From: an uncultured Candidatus Marinamargulisbacteria bacterium | GTDB lineage: Bacteria > Margulisbacteria > Riflemargulisbacteria > GWF2-35-9 > CAYUBI01 | Reading direction: 5' to 3' | Length of the DNA stretch: 64,000 nucleotides | Assembly: GCA_964443005.1 (NCBI GenBank) | Contig: CAYUBI010000001.1 | Span: 2,901-66,900 of the forward strand | Shown here: in pieces, positions 28,457 to 37,995 of the stretch | How positions within the stretch are numbered: the first letter of the stretch is position 1 | Layout of the letters: the number at the start of each line of letters is the position of its first letter | Position numbers and translations under genes: made by a program | Notes under the pieces: generated by a model | Seen by the model: only the letters and a program-made list of their open reading frames with translations | Database searches by the model: none | Told to the model about the DNA's origin: nothing

Positions 28457-30292
28457 ATGTGCGGTATTTTTGGATATTTAGGCAAACGTAATGCAAGCCC
28501 TATTATTGTCGAAGGATTAAAAGGACTTGAATATCGAGGATACGACAGCGCAGGAATTGCAACAATCCACCGTGATCATCTTGATCTTCGCAAAACAGCA
28601 GGCAAAGTAGATGTGCTTAAAAAGCTCATTCAAGAAAAACCTATGGAAGGCACTGTAGGAGTCGGGCATACTCGATGGGCAACCCACGGTGAACCAACAG
28701 ATTTGAATTCTCATCCACAATTAGATTGCAAAAAACAACTCTGCGTCATTCATAATGGTATTATTGAAAACTACGTGCAAATCAAAGAAGAATTACTCAG
28801 TGAAGGTCATTGTTTTATTTCAGATACAGACACAGAAGTGATTGCACACTTAATCGAAAAATTCTATACAGACAATAATTTTGAAGAAGCAGTATTACAA
28901 GCTATTCGCAAACTAAAAGGTGCTTATGCGATTGGAGTAATCCATATCAACCATCCAGATCAAATTATTGTCGCACGTAAAGGCAGTCCCTTATTAATCG
29001 GATTTGGAAAAAATGAATATTTTATTGCTTCTGACATTGCACCTATCTTAAAATATACTAAAAAAGTTGTGTATCTTGATGACTTTCAACTTGCCAATAT
29101 TCAACGTGGATATGTTGTTTTTAAAAACGGTGATGGAGAACTCGTTAAAAAAACACCCATTGAAGTAGATATGGAAATTGAAGTAGCTGAAAAAGAGGGA
29201 TTCGATTATTTTATGATGAAAGAAATTTTTGAACAACCACGTGCAATTAGCGACACCCTTGCAGGCAGATATGATGCTGAAAAAGGTGAAATTTTCTTTT
29301 ATAAATTAACAATGTCAAATCGTGAACTGCTAAACATCAATCGAATTGTTATTACAGCATGCGGAACCTCATTAAATGCTGGATTGATTGGCGAATTCTT
29401 TCTTGAAAAATTTGCAAATGTCCCAGTTGAAGTAGAATTTGCTGCCGAATTTCGATATCGCAATCCCATTATTGACCATCGAACACTCGTATTAGCTATT
29501 AGTCAATCAGGCGAAACTGCAGATACCATTGCTGCAGTAATAGAAGCTAAAAATAAAGGCGCAATGGTCCTATCTATTTGCAATGTAGTAAACAGCACAA
29601 TTACTCGAGAATCCCATGGAGTCATTTATACTCGTGCAGGAATCGAAATTGGCGTAGCATCAACCAAAGCCTTTAGCACACAAATTATTGCGTTATATAT
29701 GTTTGCACTCTACTTGGGGCAAATTAAATGGTCAATTGAACCCAAAGAATTAATTGAGCGCTTAAAAGAACTCATTGCACTTCCTCATCGTATTCAGCAA
29801 GAACTTTTGGACGATCATGACGAAATAAAACGTATTGCACGTAAATATCATCAAACACGAAACTTTCTATATTTAGGTCGTGGGATTGGATTTCCAGTTG
29901 CTATGGAAGGTGCTCTTAAAATGAAAGAAATCTCCTATATTCATGCCGAAGGCTATTCAGCAGCAGAAATGAAACATGGTCCCATTGCTTTAATTGACGA
30001 AGACATGCCAGTAGTTGTTATAGCAACTCAACATCGCGCTTACGAAAAAATTCTTAGCAATATTTCCGAAGTTAAAGCGCGAAAAGGCAAAGTTATTGCT
30101 GTTGCAACTAAAGGCGACAAGAAAATTAAAGAATTTGTTGATGATGTTATTTATATTCCAGATTCCAGTGAAGAATTAGGTGCAATTTTGGAAGTAATCC
30201 CACTTCAGTTACTAGCTTATTACTCTGCAGTACTACGAGGATGTCATATTGATCAACCACGTAATTTGGCTAAAAGTGTAACTGTGGAGTAA
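28457..30292 (+). CDS. glmS: Glutamine--fructose-6-phosphate aminotransferase
   Basis: N-terminal MCGI nucleophile Cys. Two SIS domains. Ends ...TVE. Length 611 aa. Confidence 0.9.
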   Translation: MCGIFGYLGKRNASPIIVEGLKGLEYRGYDSAGIATIHRDHLDLRKTAGKVDVLKKLIQEKPMEGTVGVGHTRWATHGEPTDLNSHPQLDCKKQLCVIHNGIIENYVQIKEELLSEGHCFISDTDTEVIAHLIEKFYTDNNFEEAVLQAIRKLKGAYAIGVIHINHPDQIIVARKGSPLLIGFGKNEYFIASDIAPILKYTKKVVYLDDFQLANIQRGYVVFKNGDGELVKKTPIEVDMEIEVAEKEGFDYFMMKEIFEQPRAISDTLAGRYDAEKGEIFFYKLTMSNRELLNINRIVITACGTSLNAGLIGEFFLEKFANVPVEVEFAAEFRYRNPIIDHRTLVLAISQSGETADTIAAVIEAKNKGAMVLSICNVVNSTITRESHGVIYTRAGIEIGVASTKAFSTQIIALYMFALYLGQIKWSIEPKELIERLKELIALPHRIQQELLDDHDEIKRIARKYHQTRNFLYLGRGIGFPVAMEGALKMKEISYIHAEGYSAAEMKHGPIALIDEDMPVVVIATQHRAYEKILSNISEVKARKGKVIAVATKGDKKIKEFVDDVIYIPDSSEELGAILEVIPLQLLAYYSAVLRGCHIDQPRNLAKSVTVE

Positions 30293-30296
30293 TCGA

Positions 30297-31427
30297 ATGA
30301 CTTTGCATCAAACTTACCTCAACGAAATTAAAAACCGTTTAGATAAAGACCGTACACCCGTACTTTTTGTTGAAGCATTTCTAGATCTTTATCATCAATA
30401 TATTTCTGGCCAAACAGGATTAGTAGAAAACAAAGATATTTACGCTCCAGATCCAGAGAAAATTTTTTCGTATGCAAAAATTGCTAACTATCATGATATT
30501 GGCTATAATCAAATCAAACATTTAGCTATAGTTCGGCTAAATGGAGGACTGGCCACAAGCATGGGACTCAAACAACCTAAAGCATTATTAAATATTCAAT
30601 CTGGTACTAATTTTCTTGATAATATGATCCAAACGGTTAGTAAATTACGGCAACAGCATCAATGTCATATACCCATGGTGCTCATGAATAGTTTTGCAAC
30701 CCAAGCAGAAACTATTGATTACATTGCATTTTTTGCTAATCTATTACTGAAAGATCTTCCCAACGTTTTTGTTCAATGCCGTATGCCACGAATCAATGCA
30801 GAAACAAAAGCACCTTTTTCCTGTCCAGATGATCCAGACCAAGAATGGTATCCACCCGGTCATGGAGACATGTACCATGCTATTATGATTTCAGGAATCG
30901 CCGAATATTTACTGACATTAGGCGTTGAATATTTGTTTATTGCCAATATTGATAATCTGGGTGCTACAGTTGATCCCGCAATTTTAGGATTTATGCATGA
31001 TAACAACCTACCATTCCTAATGGAAGTAACCGCAAGAACAGAACAAGATAAAAAAGGAGGGCACTTAGCATTAAACTCAAAAGGCGAGTTTATTCTTCGA
31101 GAACGTGCACAATGTTCAGCAGACGAATTAAACGATTTTGAAAATATTTCAAAGTACAGTTTTTTTAATACTAATAATCTTTGGATCCGCTTAAAAACAA
31201 TTGTACAATATTACCATAATAAATCATTCATTAAGCTTCCCTTGATTGTCAATCCAAAAACAATTAAAACTGCGCATAGTTGCACAGACATTGTTCAATT
31301 GGAAACAGCTATTGGTTCAGGAATCACAGAATTAAAAGGTATACCCTTAATTGTTCCGCGCAGTCGCTTTAAACCTATTAAATACTGGGAAGATTTAATT
31401 TCAGAACGAATAAAAAATAAAAAATAA
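30297..31427 (+). CDS. UDPGP family (eukaryotic-type UTP-sugar-1-phosphate uridylyltransferase / UDP-sugar pyrophosphorylase)
   Basis: LNGGLATSMG is the hallmark of the UDPGP/UAP1 family. Length 376 aa. Confidence 0.55.
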   Translation: MTLHQTYLNEIKNRLDKDRTPVLFVEAFLDLYHQYISGQTGLVENKDIYAPDPEKIFSYAKIANYHDIGYNQIKHLAIVRLNGGLATSMGLKQPKALLNIQSGTNFLDNMIQTVSKLRQQHQCHIPMVLMNSFATQAETIDYIAFFANLLLKDLPNVFVQCRMPRINAETKAPFSCPDDPDQEWYPPGHGDMYHAIMISGIAEYLLTLGVEYLFIANIDNLGATVDPAILGFMHDNNLPFLMEVTARTEQDKKGGHLALNSKGEFILRERAQCSADELNDFENISKYSFFNTNNLWIRLKTIVQYYHNKSFIKLPLIVNPKTIKTAHSCTDIVQLETAIGSGITELKGIPLIVPRSRFKPIKYWEDLISERIKNKK

Positions 31428-31473
31428 AATAATAAAAAAACGTAACTTATGATATAATCTAGTCATTCTCGGG

Positions 31474-31845
31474 GGTGCCTGGCTTCGACGGGAAGGAACT
31501 TGATTTATGGGGCGAGTCGAGGAGCTGCCAGGCCTCGTTAAAAGGCAGAAAAAAACAAACGCAAACAATTTTAAAAACGCGTTCGCTATTGCAGAAGTAG
31601 CACAAGCAGCCTAATTTAGACTGCGCGTCGTGTCCGTTTTATCGGCGGATGGGTACGGCGTAAAATTGCCGATGTAGTGACCCTTAGGTGATGTCCTTTA
31701 GGAAACGAAATCTTTTGCATCTCGCTAAGCAGTTAGGGTGTCGGTACCCTGTGTTTTAGTAAAATTTAAGAATCGACTACACTCGTAGGCCTGTAAATAA
31801 AGAACTTTTCGGACAGGGGTTCGATTCCCCTCACCTCCACCAGAC
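31474..31845 (+). ncRNA. ssrA: tmRNA (SsrA)
   Basis: 5' end GGGGGTGCCTGGCTTCGACGGG. 3' T-arm GGGGTTCGATTCCCC plus TCACCTCCACCA. Predicted tag reading frame GCA AAC AAT ... GCA GCC TAA gives (A)ANNFKNAFAIAEVAQAA. A TATAAT box lies about 12 nt upstream. Confidence 0.8.
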
Positions 31846-31856
31846 AACTTTTTAAT

Positions 31857-31910
31857 GTCGTAAACTCCCCTATAAGCCTGAAGGGGAGCGACATTCAGAA
31901 AATTTATTTT
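31857..31910 (+). terminator. Rho-independent terminator after tmRNA
   Basis: Stem GTCG..CTCCCC / GGGGAG..CGAC followed by a T-rich tract. Confidence 0.45.
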
Positions 31911-31951
31911 ATAGTCTAGAAAAATTTTATTAAAAAGCGTAATATTACAAA

Positions 31952-32701
31952 ATGAAATATGCATTGCTAATTTTTGTTTTTCTTACCAGTAATTTACTTG
32001 CTGAACTGCAAGCAAACTCTCCTGAATTTAACCAAGCAACTCTATTATATTCTCAAAAAAAATATGTCCAAGCTCAAACACTTTATCAATCTTTATTACA
32101 AAAAGGCCTTCGTAGCCAATCCTTATTTTATAATTTAGGAAATACCTATTACCAACAAGGTGATTTAGCAAATGCACGATTATCATGGGAAAAAGCTTTA
32201 CTTTTAGCACCATCCAACAAAACTATTCAAAAAAATTTAGCATTTATTAAACCTTTGCTTGAAGACAAAGAAGACAGCACGCCACAGCCCTTACACCGAG
32301 TTTATGATTTTGTATCTGACCAATTAAATGGCTATCAATGGTTAATAATATGCATAGGATCAGTCATGTTTTCTGGAATTTGCCTATGGAGTGTAATTAT
32401 TTGGCCAAGAAAATGGCTATTTCGAATTATGACAACAGCAATCATCATAACGCTCATTTTTTTCATTTTTTCGTGGACACCTATTACAACCTTGATGTAT
32501 CCAGCTGAAGCCATTATCATTACAGACCGTGTCGAAATAAAAAGCGGTCCAACAGAATTATACGCTACGCTGTTCGTATTACACAAAGGCACGAAAATTC
32601 GCATTGAAAAAGAAAACAATAAATGGGTATTTATCCTTTTTGGACGTAGCCTATCTGGATGGATCCCCAAAATAGCATTAAATATAATAGAAATAAGCTA
32701 A
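31952..32701 (+). CDS. TPR-repeat plus SH3b-domain protein (BatE-like architecture), with signal peptide and one TM helix
   Basis: TPR repeats (YNLGNTYYQQGDLANA). C-terminal SH3_3-like VEIKSGPTELYATLFVLHKGTKIRIEKENNKWVFILFGRSLSGWIP. Confidence 0.5.
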   Translation: MKYALLIFVFLTSNLLAELQANSPEFNQATLLYSQKKYVQAQTLYQSLLQKGLRSQSLFYNLGNTYYQQGDLANARLSWEKALLLAPSNKTIQKNLAFIKPLLEDKEDSTPQPLHRVYDFVSDQLNGYQWLIICIGSVMFSGICLWSVIIWPRKWLFRIMTTAIIITLIFFIFSWTPITTLMYPAEAIIITDRVEIKSGPTELYATLFVLHKGTKIRIEKENNKWVFILFGRSLSGWIPKIALNIIEIS

Positions 32702-32812
32702 TGCCATCTAGACATTTTACGAATTAATGAGTATGCTTTTACTAAGGTTTTATAAATTGTTAAAAGATTTCGAGAAATAATTGAATATTTAAATTAACTA
32801 GGGGAGGATACA

Positions 32813-33766
32813 ATGGCTACAAAAATGGGTAGTTTAATTGAAGTGGGAACAAATTTAATCGAATTAATCGACTTTCGTCTCTATAAAGAAATGCCTGATG
32901 GAAAAATAAAAGAACAAATTTATGGAATAAATGTTTTTAAGGTTAAAGAAGTAATTTTTTTACCTGAGCAAATCATGCGTGTGAATAATGCATCCAGCTA
33001 TCTGGAAGGCATGATTAATCTTCGAGGCCAAGCAATTCCTATTATCAACCTAGTAAGCCGAATCGGAATTGAAGGAAACAAGCCTATCGAATATTTAATT
33101 ATTACGGAATTCAATAATATAATTTGTGGTTTTATGGTACATGATATTAAAAAAATTCGACGTATTTCATGGGATCGAATTTCAGAACCTCCAGATGTTA
33201 TTCGCGAAGAATATGGTAATATTGTCACATCAGTCACCTTAATTGATAATAATGAAATCATGCTGATTCTAGATTTTGAAAAAATTATTGCAGAGGTAAA
33301 CCCAAGCTATATCGAACAACAAACACTTCAGGGAAAAAAGAATGCAAAACAATACGAAGTTCCAGAAGGGAAAAAAATATTAGTCGTAGATGATTCATCA
33401 ATTGCTCGAAAAATGGTCACACAAACACTTAGTGAAACAGGCAGTGAAATCTTTGAAAAGGTAAATGGACAAGATGCACTCGACTTTCTGCTTAAACTTG
33501 CAGAAAAAGCAAAACTAGAAAAAAATCCTTTATCAGATTATATTTCGTTAGTTTTATCAGATGTAGAAATGCCAAAAATGGACGGATTTACCTTAACAAA
33601 AACTATAAAAAATGATCCTCTCCTAAAAGATATTCCAGTAATTCTGCATACGTCATTAAGTGGAGGAAATATTTCTGCACAAGGTCTGTCTGTTGGTGCA
33701 GATGACTTTCTTGTTAAATTTGATGCAGATCATTTACTGGAAACTGTTGCAAAAATTTTAAAATGA
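32813..33766 (+). CDS. cheV: Chemotaxis protein CheV (CheW-like domain plus receiver domain)
   Basis: N-terminal CheW fold. C-terminal REC with KILVVDDS...LSDVEMPKMDG. Confidence 0.7.
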   Translation: MATKMGSLIEVGTNLIELIDFRLYKEMPDGKIKEQIYGINVFKVKEVIFLPEQIMRVNNASSYLEGMINLRGQAIPIINLVSRIGIEGNKPIEYLIITEFNNIICGFMVHDIKKIRRISWDRISEPPDVIREEYGNIVTSVTLIDNNEIMLILDFEKIIAEVNPSYIEQQTLQGKKNAKQYEVPEGKKILVVDDSSIARKMVTQTLSETGSEIFEKVNGQDALDFLLKLAEKAKLEKNPLSDYISLVLSDVEMPKMDGFTLTKTIKNDPLLKDIPVILHTSLSGGNISAQGLSVGADDFLVKFDADHLLETVAKILK

Positions 33767-33794
33767 GAATTGGATCAATAATTAGAAGGAGTTT

Positions 33795-34358
33795 ATGATG
33801 AAAATCAATGTATATGGACATAACCTAGAAATGACAAGTGCAATAAAAACATACGCGCTTAAAAAATTTTCATCCTTAGAACGGTATTTTGAAGAAGGCA
33901 TAACAGGGCTAGAAGCAGAACTAGGCCATACGCACAGCCGAATTCAAGACAAACAAAATACTGCGCAATTAACTATGTTCGTTCATGGTGGAATTCTTCG
34001 TGCAGAAGTTAAACATGCAGATATGTATGCAGCTATTGATGTTGTCGTTGAAAAATTAGAAAAACAGCTAATAAAATTCAAAGAAAAACTTAAAAACCAC
34101 AAAAAAGATAAAGTAATTGTTAATGGTGGACTTATTCGTCAACTTAAAGAAATTGGGCCCAATGAGGAACCTCTTTTTCCGCGAATTGTAAAAACAAAAC
34201 GGTTTGCAATAAAGCCAATGGATGTTGAAGAAGCCGCACTTCAACTAAAATTAATTGGTCATGATTTTTATGTATTTAAAAATGCAAAGACTGATGAAAC
34301 AAATGTTGTTTATACGCGCTCAGATGGAACATTAGGCCTTATCGAGCCGGAATTCTAA
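33795..34358 (+). CDS. hpf: Ribosome hibernation promoting factor (long form)
   Basis: S30AE N-domain and C-terminal dimerisation domain. Classic position upstream of secA. Confidence 0.75.
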   Translation: MMKINVYGHNLEMTSAIKTYALKKFSSLERYFEEGITGLEAELGHTHSRIQDKQNTAQLTMFVHGGILRAEVKHADMYAAIDVVVEKLEKQLIKFKEKLKNHKKDKVIVNGGLIRQLKEIGPNEEPLFPRIVKTKRFAIKPMDVEEAALQLKLIGHDFYVFKNAKTDETNVVYTRSDGTLGLIEPEF

Positions 34359-34378
34359 CACAAGGGAGTTCAGCCCGC

Positions 34379-36892
34379 GTGTTTTACTTTTTACGAAAAC
34401 TTTTTGGCGGCAGCAATGCTGATAAAATTAGTCATTACTCAAACATTGTTAAATCAATCAATGCGTTTGCACCTAAATTATCAAACTTAAGTAACGAAGA
34501 GCTAAGTCAAAAAACGCTTTACTTTAAAACACTTCTTGCTCAGGGTAAAACGTTGGATGATATTTTGCCTGAAGCTTTTGCTGTTGTAAAAGAAACAGCC
34601 TACCGCGTTGTAAATATGAAACCTTTTGATGTTCAACTAATCGGTGGACTAATTCTTCATCAAGGCAAAATTGCAGAAATGAAAACAGGTGAAGGGAAAA
34701 CATTAGTTGCAACAATGCCAGCATATCTAAATGCACTTACTGGACGGGGAGTTTTTATTGTTACAGTCAATGATTATCTGGCACGTCGAGACTGCGAATG
34801 GATGGGTAAAATATTTGAATTTTTGGGATTATCTGTTGGCTTAATTCAGTCAAATATTCCTCCTATCGAGCGTCAGGCAGCTTATGCAGCAGAAATTACA
34901 TACGGAACCAACAATGAATTTGGCTTTGATTATTTACGAGACAATATGGCTACAGACCCAAGGGAATGCGTGCAACGAGAGCTTCATTATGCAATTGTAG
35001 ACGAAGTCGACTCAATCTTAATAGACGAAGCCAGAACTCCTTTAATTATTTCAGGATCATTAGATGATTCAACGGAAAAATACCAATTATGCGATGATGT
35101 AACCCGGCGATTTCATGCTACAATAGATTTTACGATAGATGAAAAGACAAAAAATGTCGTACTTACAGAAGAAGGCATTTCAAAAGCTGAACAGCTTTTA
35201 CATTTAGATTCTATTTATTCCATCCAAAACATGGAATACGCACATATGTTAGTTCAATCATTACGCGCACATTATTTATTTAAACAATCCGTCGATTATC
35301 TTATCAAAGATGGTGAAGTTGTCATTGTTGACGAATTTACTGGAAGGCTCATGATTGGTCGCAGATATAGTGATGGACTACATCAAGCCATTGAAGCTAA
35401 AGAACGCGTAAATGTTCAACAAGAAAGCCAAACTTATGCAACAGTCACCTTTCAAAACTACTTTCGCATGTTTACTAAAATAGCAGGGATGACAGGTACA
35501 GCCTTAACGGAAGAAGCCGAGTTTCAAAAAATATATTCACTCGAAGTTCTTGAAGTTCCCACAAATCAACCCATGATTCGAAAAGATCTACCAGATGCAA
35601 TATACAAAAACAAAGCAGCAAAATACGATGCAATTATTCGTGATATCCTAGATTTAAACAAAAAAGGAACACCCGTACTTGTTGGTACTATTTCTATTGA
35701 AGTATCTGAACATCTTAGTTCACTTCTAAAACGCAAAGGAATTCCGCATACAGTACTTAATGCGAAGTATCATGAAAAAGAAGCTGAAATTATTTCACAA
35801 GCTGGACAATTAGGCGCAGTAACTATTGCAACCAATATGGCAGGGCGAGGAACAGATATAGTTCTTGGTGAAGGAGTAAAAGCTGCAGGTGGACTTTTTG
35901 TTCTGGGGTCTGAGCGGCACGAATCGCGCCGTATTGATAATCAGCTTCGAGGACGAAGTGGCAGGCAAGGAGATCCAGGCGCATCAAAATTTTACGTTGC
36001 ACTTGATGATGATCTTATGCGCTTATTTGGTGGAACTGAACGCGTAGCCAAAATGATGAATGTCATGGGCCTGCCTGAAGATGTACCTATTGAACATAAT
36101 TTGATTTCAAAAGCTATTGAACGAGCACAAAAAAAAGTAGAACTATATCATTACAATATTCGGAAACAACTTCTCGAATATGACGATGTCATGAATAAAC
36201 AACGCGAAGTTGTATACGGCATTCGTACCAAAATACTCAAATTAAGCCAACTTACAGAACATTATCAATCAATCATCAAAAAGCAAATGACACAATTGGT
36301 TCAAAACTATATACCAGAAAAAACACAAGCGAAAGATATTTCACAAAACGACTTAAATACAGCACTTCAAGAAATCATTCCAGTTCAATTTAATGTATCA
36401 CTTTCTCCCTTAATACAACGAGAAGATATTGTAACCTTATACGTCAATCATGTTTTATCTGCATATCAACATCTTAAAAACCAAGTGCCAGCTGAATTCA
36501 ACAAGATTGAGCAAATTATTTATTTGCAAATATTGGATCGTCAATGGATTGAACACTTACATCATATGGATCTCTTAAAAGATGGTATTGGCTTGCGTGC
36601 TTATGGTCAAAAAGATCCACTATTAGAATATCGTATTGAAGGATTTACGATGTTCAAAGAAATGATGGATGCAGTAGAACGCGAGACAATTAATAATATT
36701 TTTCGAGTAAAAATAGTAGATCAACCAGAAAATATCGAATATAAATCTATTTTTTCAGCTGCTAAATTTTTGAACGATAACAACCCAAAAGCATCAACTC
36801 CTCGACTAAATCAAAAAGCTGAAAAAACTGGCCGTAATGATCTTTGTCCTTGTCAATCTGGAAAAAAGTATAAAAAATGTTGCGGCGCATAA
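34379..36892 (+). CDS. secA: Preprotein translocase ATPase SecA
   Basis: GTG start with AGGGAG RBS. MKTGEGKTL Walker A. C-terminal zinc finger CPCQSGKKYKKCCG. Confidence 0.9.
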   Translation: MFYFLRKLFGGSNADKISHYSNIVKSINAFAPKLSNLSNEELSQKTLYFKTLLAQGKTLDDILPEAFAVVKETAYRVVNMKPFDVQLIGGLILHQGKIAEMKTGEGKTLVATMPAYLNALTGRGVFIVTVNDYLARRDCEWMGKIFEFLGLSVGLIQSNIPPIERQAAYAAEITYGTNNEFGFDYLRDNMATDPRECVQRELHYAIVDEVDSILIDEARTPLIISGSLDDSTEKYQLCDDVTRRFHATIDFTIDEKTKNVVLTEEGISKAEQLLHLDSIYSIQNMEYAHMLVQSLRAHYLFKQSVDYLIKDGEVVIVDEFTGRLMIGRRYSDGLHQAIEAKERVNVQQESQTYATVTFQNYFRMFTKIAGMTGTALTEEAEFQKIYSLEVLEVPTNQPMIRKDLPDAIYKNKAAKYDAIIRDILDLNKKGTPVLVGTISIEVSEHLSSLLKRKGIPHTVLNAKYHEKEAEIISQAGQLGAVTIATNMAGRGTDIVLGEGVKAAGGLFVLGSERHESRRIDNQLRGRSGRQGDPGASKFYVALDDDLMRLFGGTERVAKMMNVMGLPEDVPIEHNLISKAIERAQKKVELYHYNIRKQLLEYDDVMNKQREVVYGIRTKILKLSQLTEHYQSIIKKQMTQLVQNYIPEKTQAKDISQNDLNTALQEIIPVQFNVSLSPLIQREDIVTLYVNHVLSAYQHLKNQVPAEFNKIEQIIYLQILDRQWIEHLHHMDLLKDGIGLRAYGQKDPLLEYRIEGFTMFKEMMDAVERETINNIFRVKIVDQPENIEYKSIFSAAKFLNDNNPKASTPRLNQKAEKTGRNDLCPCQSGKKYKKCCGA

Positions 36893-36902
36893 TTTAACTA
36901 GA

Positions 36903-37995
36903 ATGTTTGAACATCTTAAAACCGATCTTGAAAAACTAATTGACCAAATTTTTTTAATGGGAGACTATCTTTGACATTGCTCATATTAATGAACAATTAG
37001 ATGAATTGTCTCGTGAAGTTCATGAACCTAATTTTTGGGAAAATATTCAACAAGCAACACTGGTTCTAAAAAAAACAAAAACTCTTACAGCAAAACGGGA
37101 TCAATATATACAACTTCAGGCTCAAGCTAATGATTTGCATGATTTGCTAGCTTTATCCGATGATTCATTAATTCCTGAAATTGCACAACAGTATAATATG
37201 ATTGCCCATCATTATCGGCTACTCGAATTAGAAACACTCATGAACGGTACGCATGATCACGATAATGTAATTATGACAATTAATGCAGGGGTAGGGGGAA
37301 CTGATGCGCAAGATTGGGCAGATATGTTGCTACGAATGTATCTTCGATGGTGTGAAAGTGAACATTATCAATGTGAAATTGTAGACTGCTCTTATGGAGA
37401 AGAAGCAGGCATCAAAAGTGCAACATTATCGATTTCTGGCGATCTGGCATATGGATATCTTAAAGGAGAACACGGGGTCCATCGTCTAGTGCGCTTGTCT
37501 CCGTTCAATGCTAATCACAAACGCCAAACATCTTTTGCTTCAGTAGACATTATGCCTCAAATCCAACAAGAAGTAAGTGTCGATATCAAAGAAAGTGACC
37601 TACGAATCGAAACCTTTCGCGCCAGCGGAGCAGGGGGACAACATATCAATCGAACGGATTCAGCAGTACGGTTAACACATATTCCAACAGGACTTGTTGC
37701 ACAAAGTCAAGCGAGTCGTTCTCAACATCAAAATCGCGATTATGCAATGATGGTACTAAAGTCACGATTGTTGCAACAATTAGAACTACAAAAAAAAGAA
37801 GACTTAGCCAATCTAGTCAGTGCTAATAAAGAAATCAGTTGGGGCAATCAAATTCGAAGCTATGTATTTCATCCCTACAGTTTAGTCAAAGATCTTCGAA
37901 CTGATGTTGAAACTAGTGACGTCAAAGGCGTAATGGATGGGAAACTAAGTTCATTAATCGAAGGCTATTTATTTTTTCAACGGAGGCAAGCATGA
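36903..37995 (+). CDS. prfB: Peptide chain release factor 2, made by programmed +1 frameshift (frame 0 from 36903 to the CTT at 36969-36971; the in-frame TGA at 36972-36974 is skipped by +1 slippage and decoding resumes at GAC 36973 through 37995)
   Basis: The upstream frame encodes MFEHLKTDLEKLIDQIFLMGDYL then TGA. The canonical CTT TGA C shift site is preceded by an SD-like GGGAGA. GGQ and SPF motifs lie downstream. Confidence 0.85.

Noticed and set aside
31725-31964. Minus-strand ORF (79 aa) overlapping tmRNA
   Set aside because: It sits inside a confidently identified tmRNA gene and its terminator. It is a spurious ORF.
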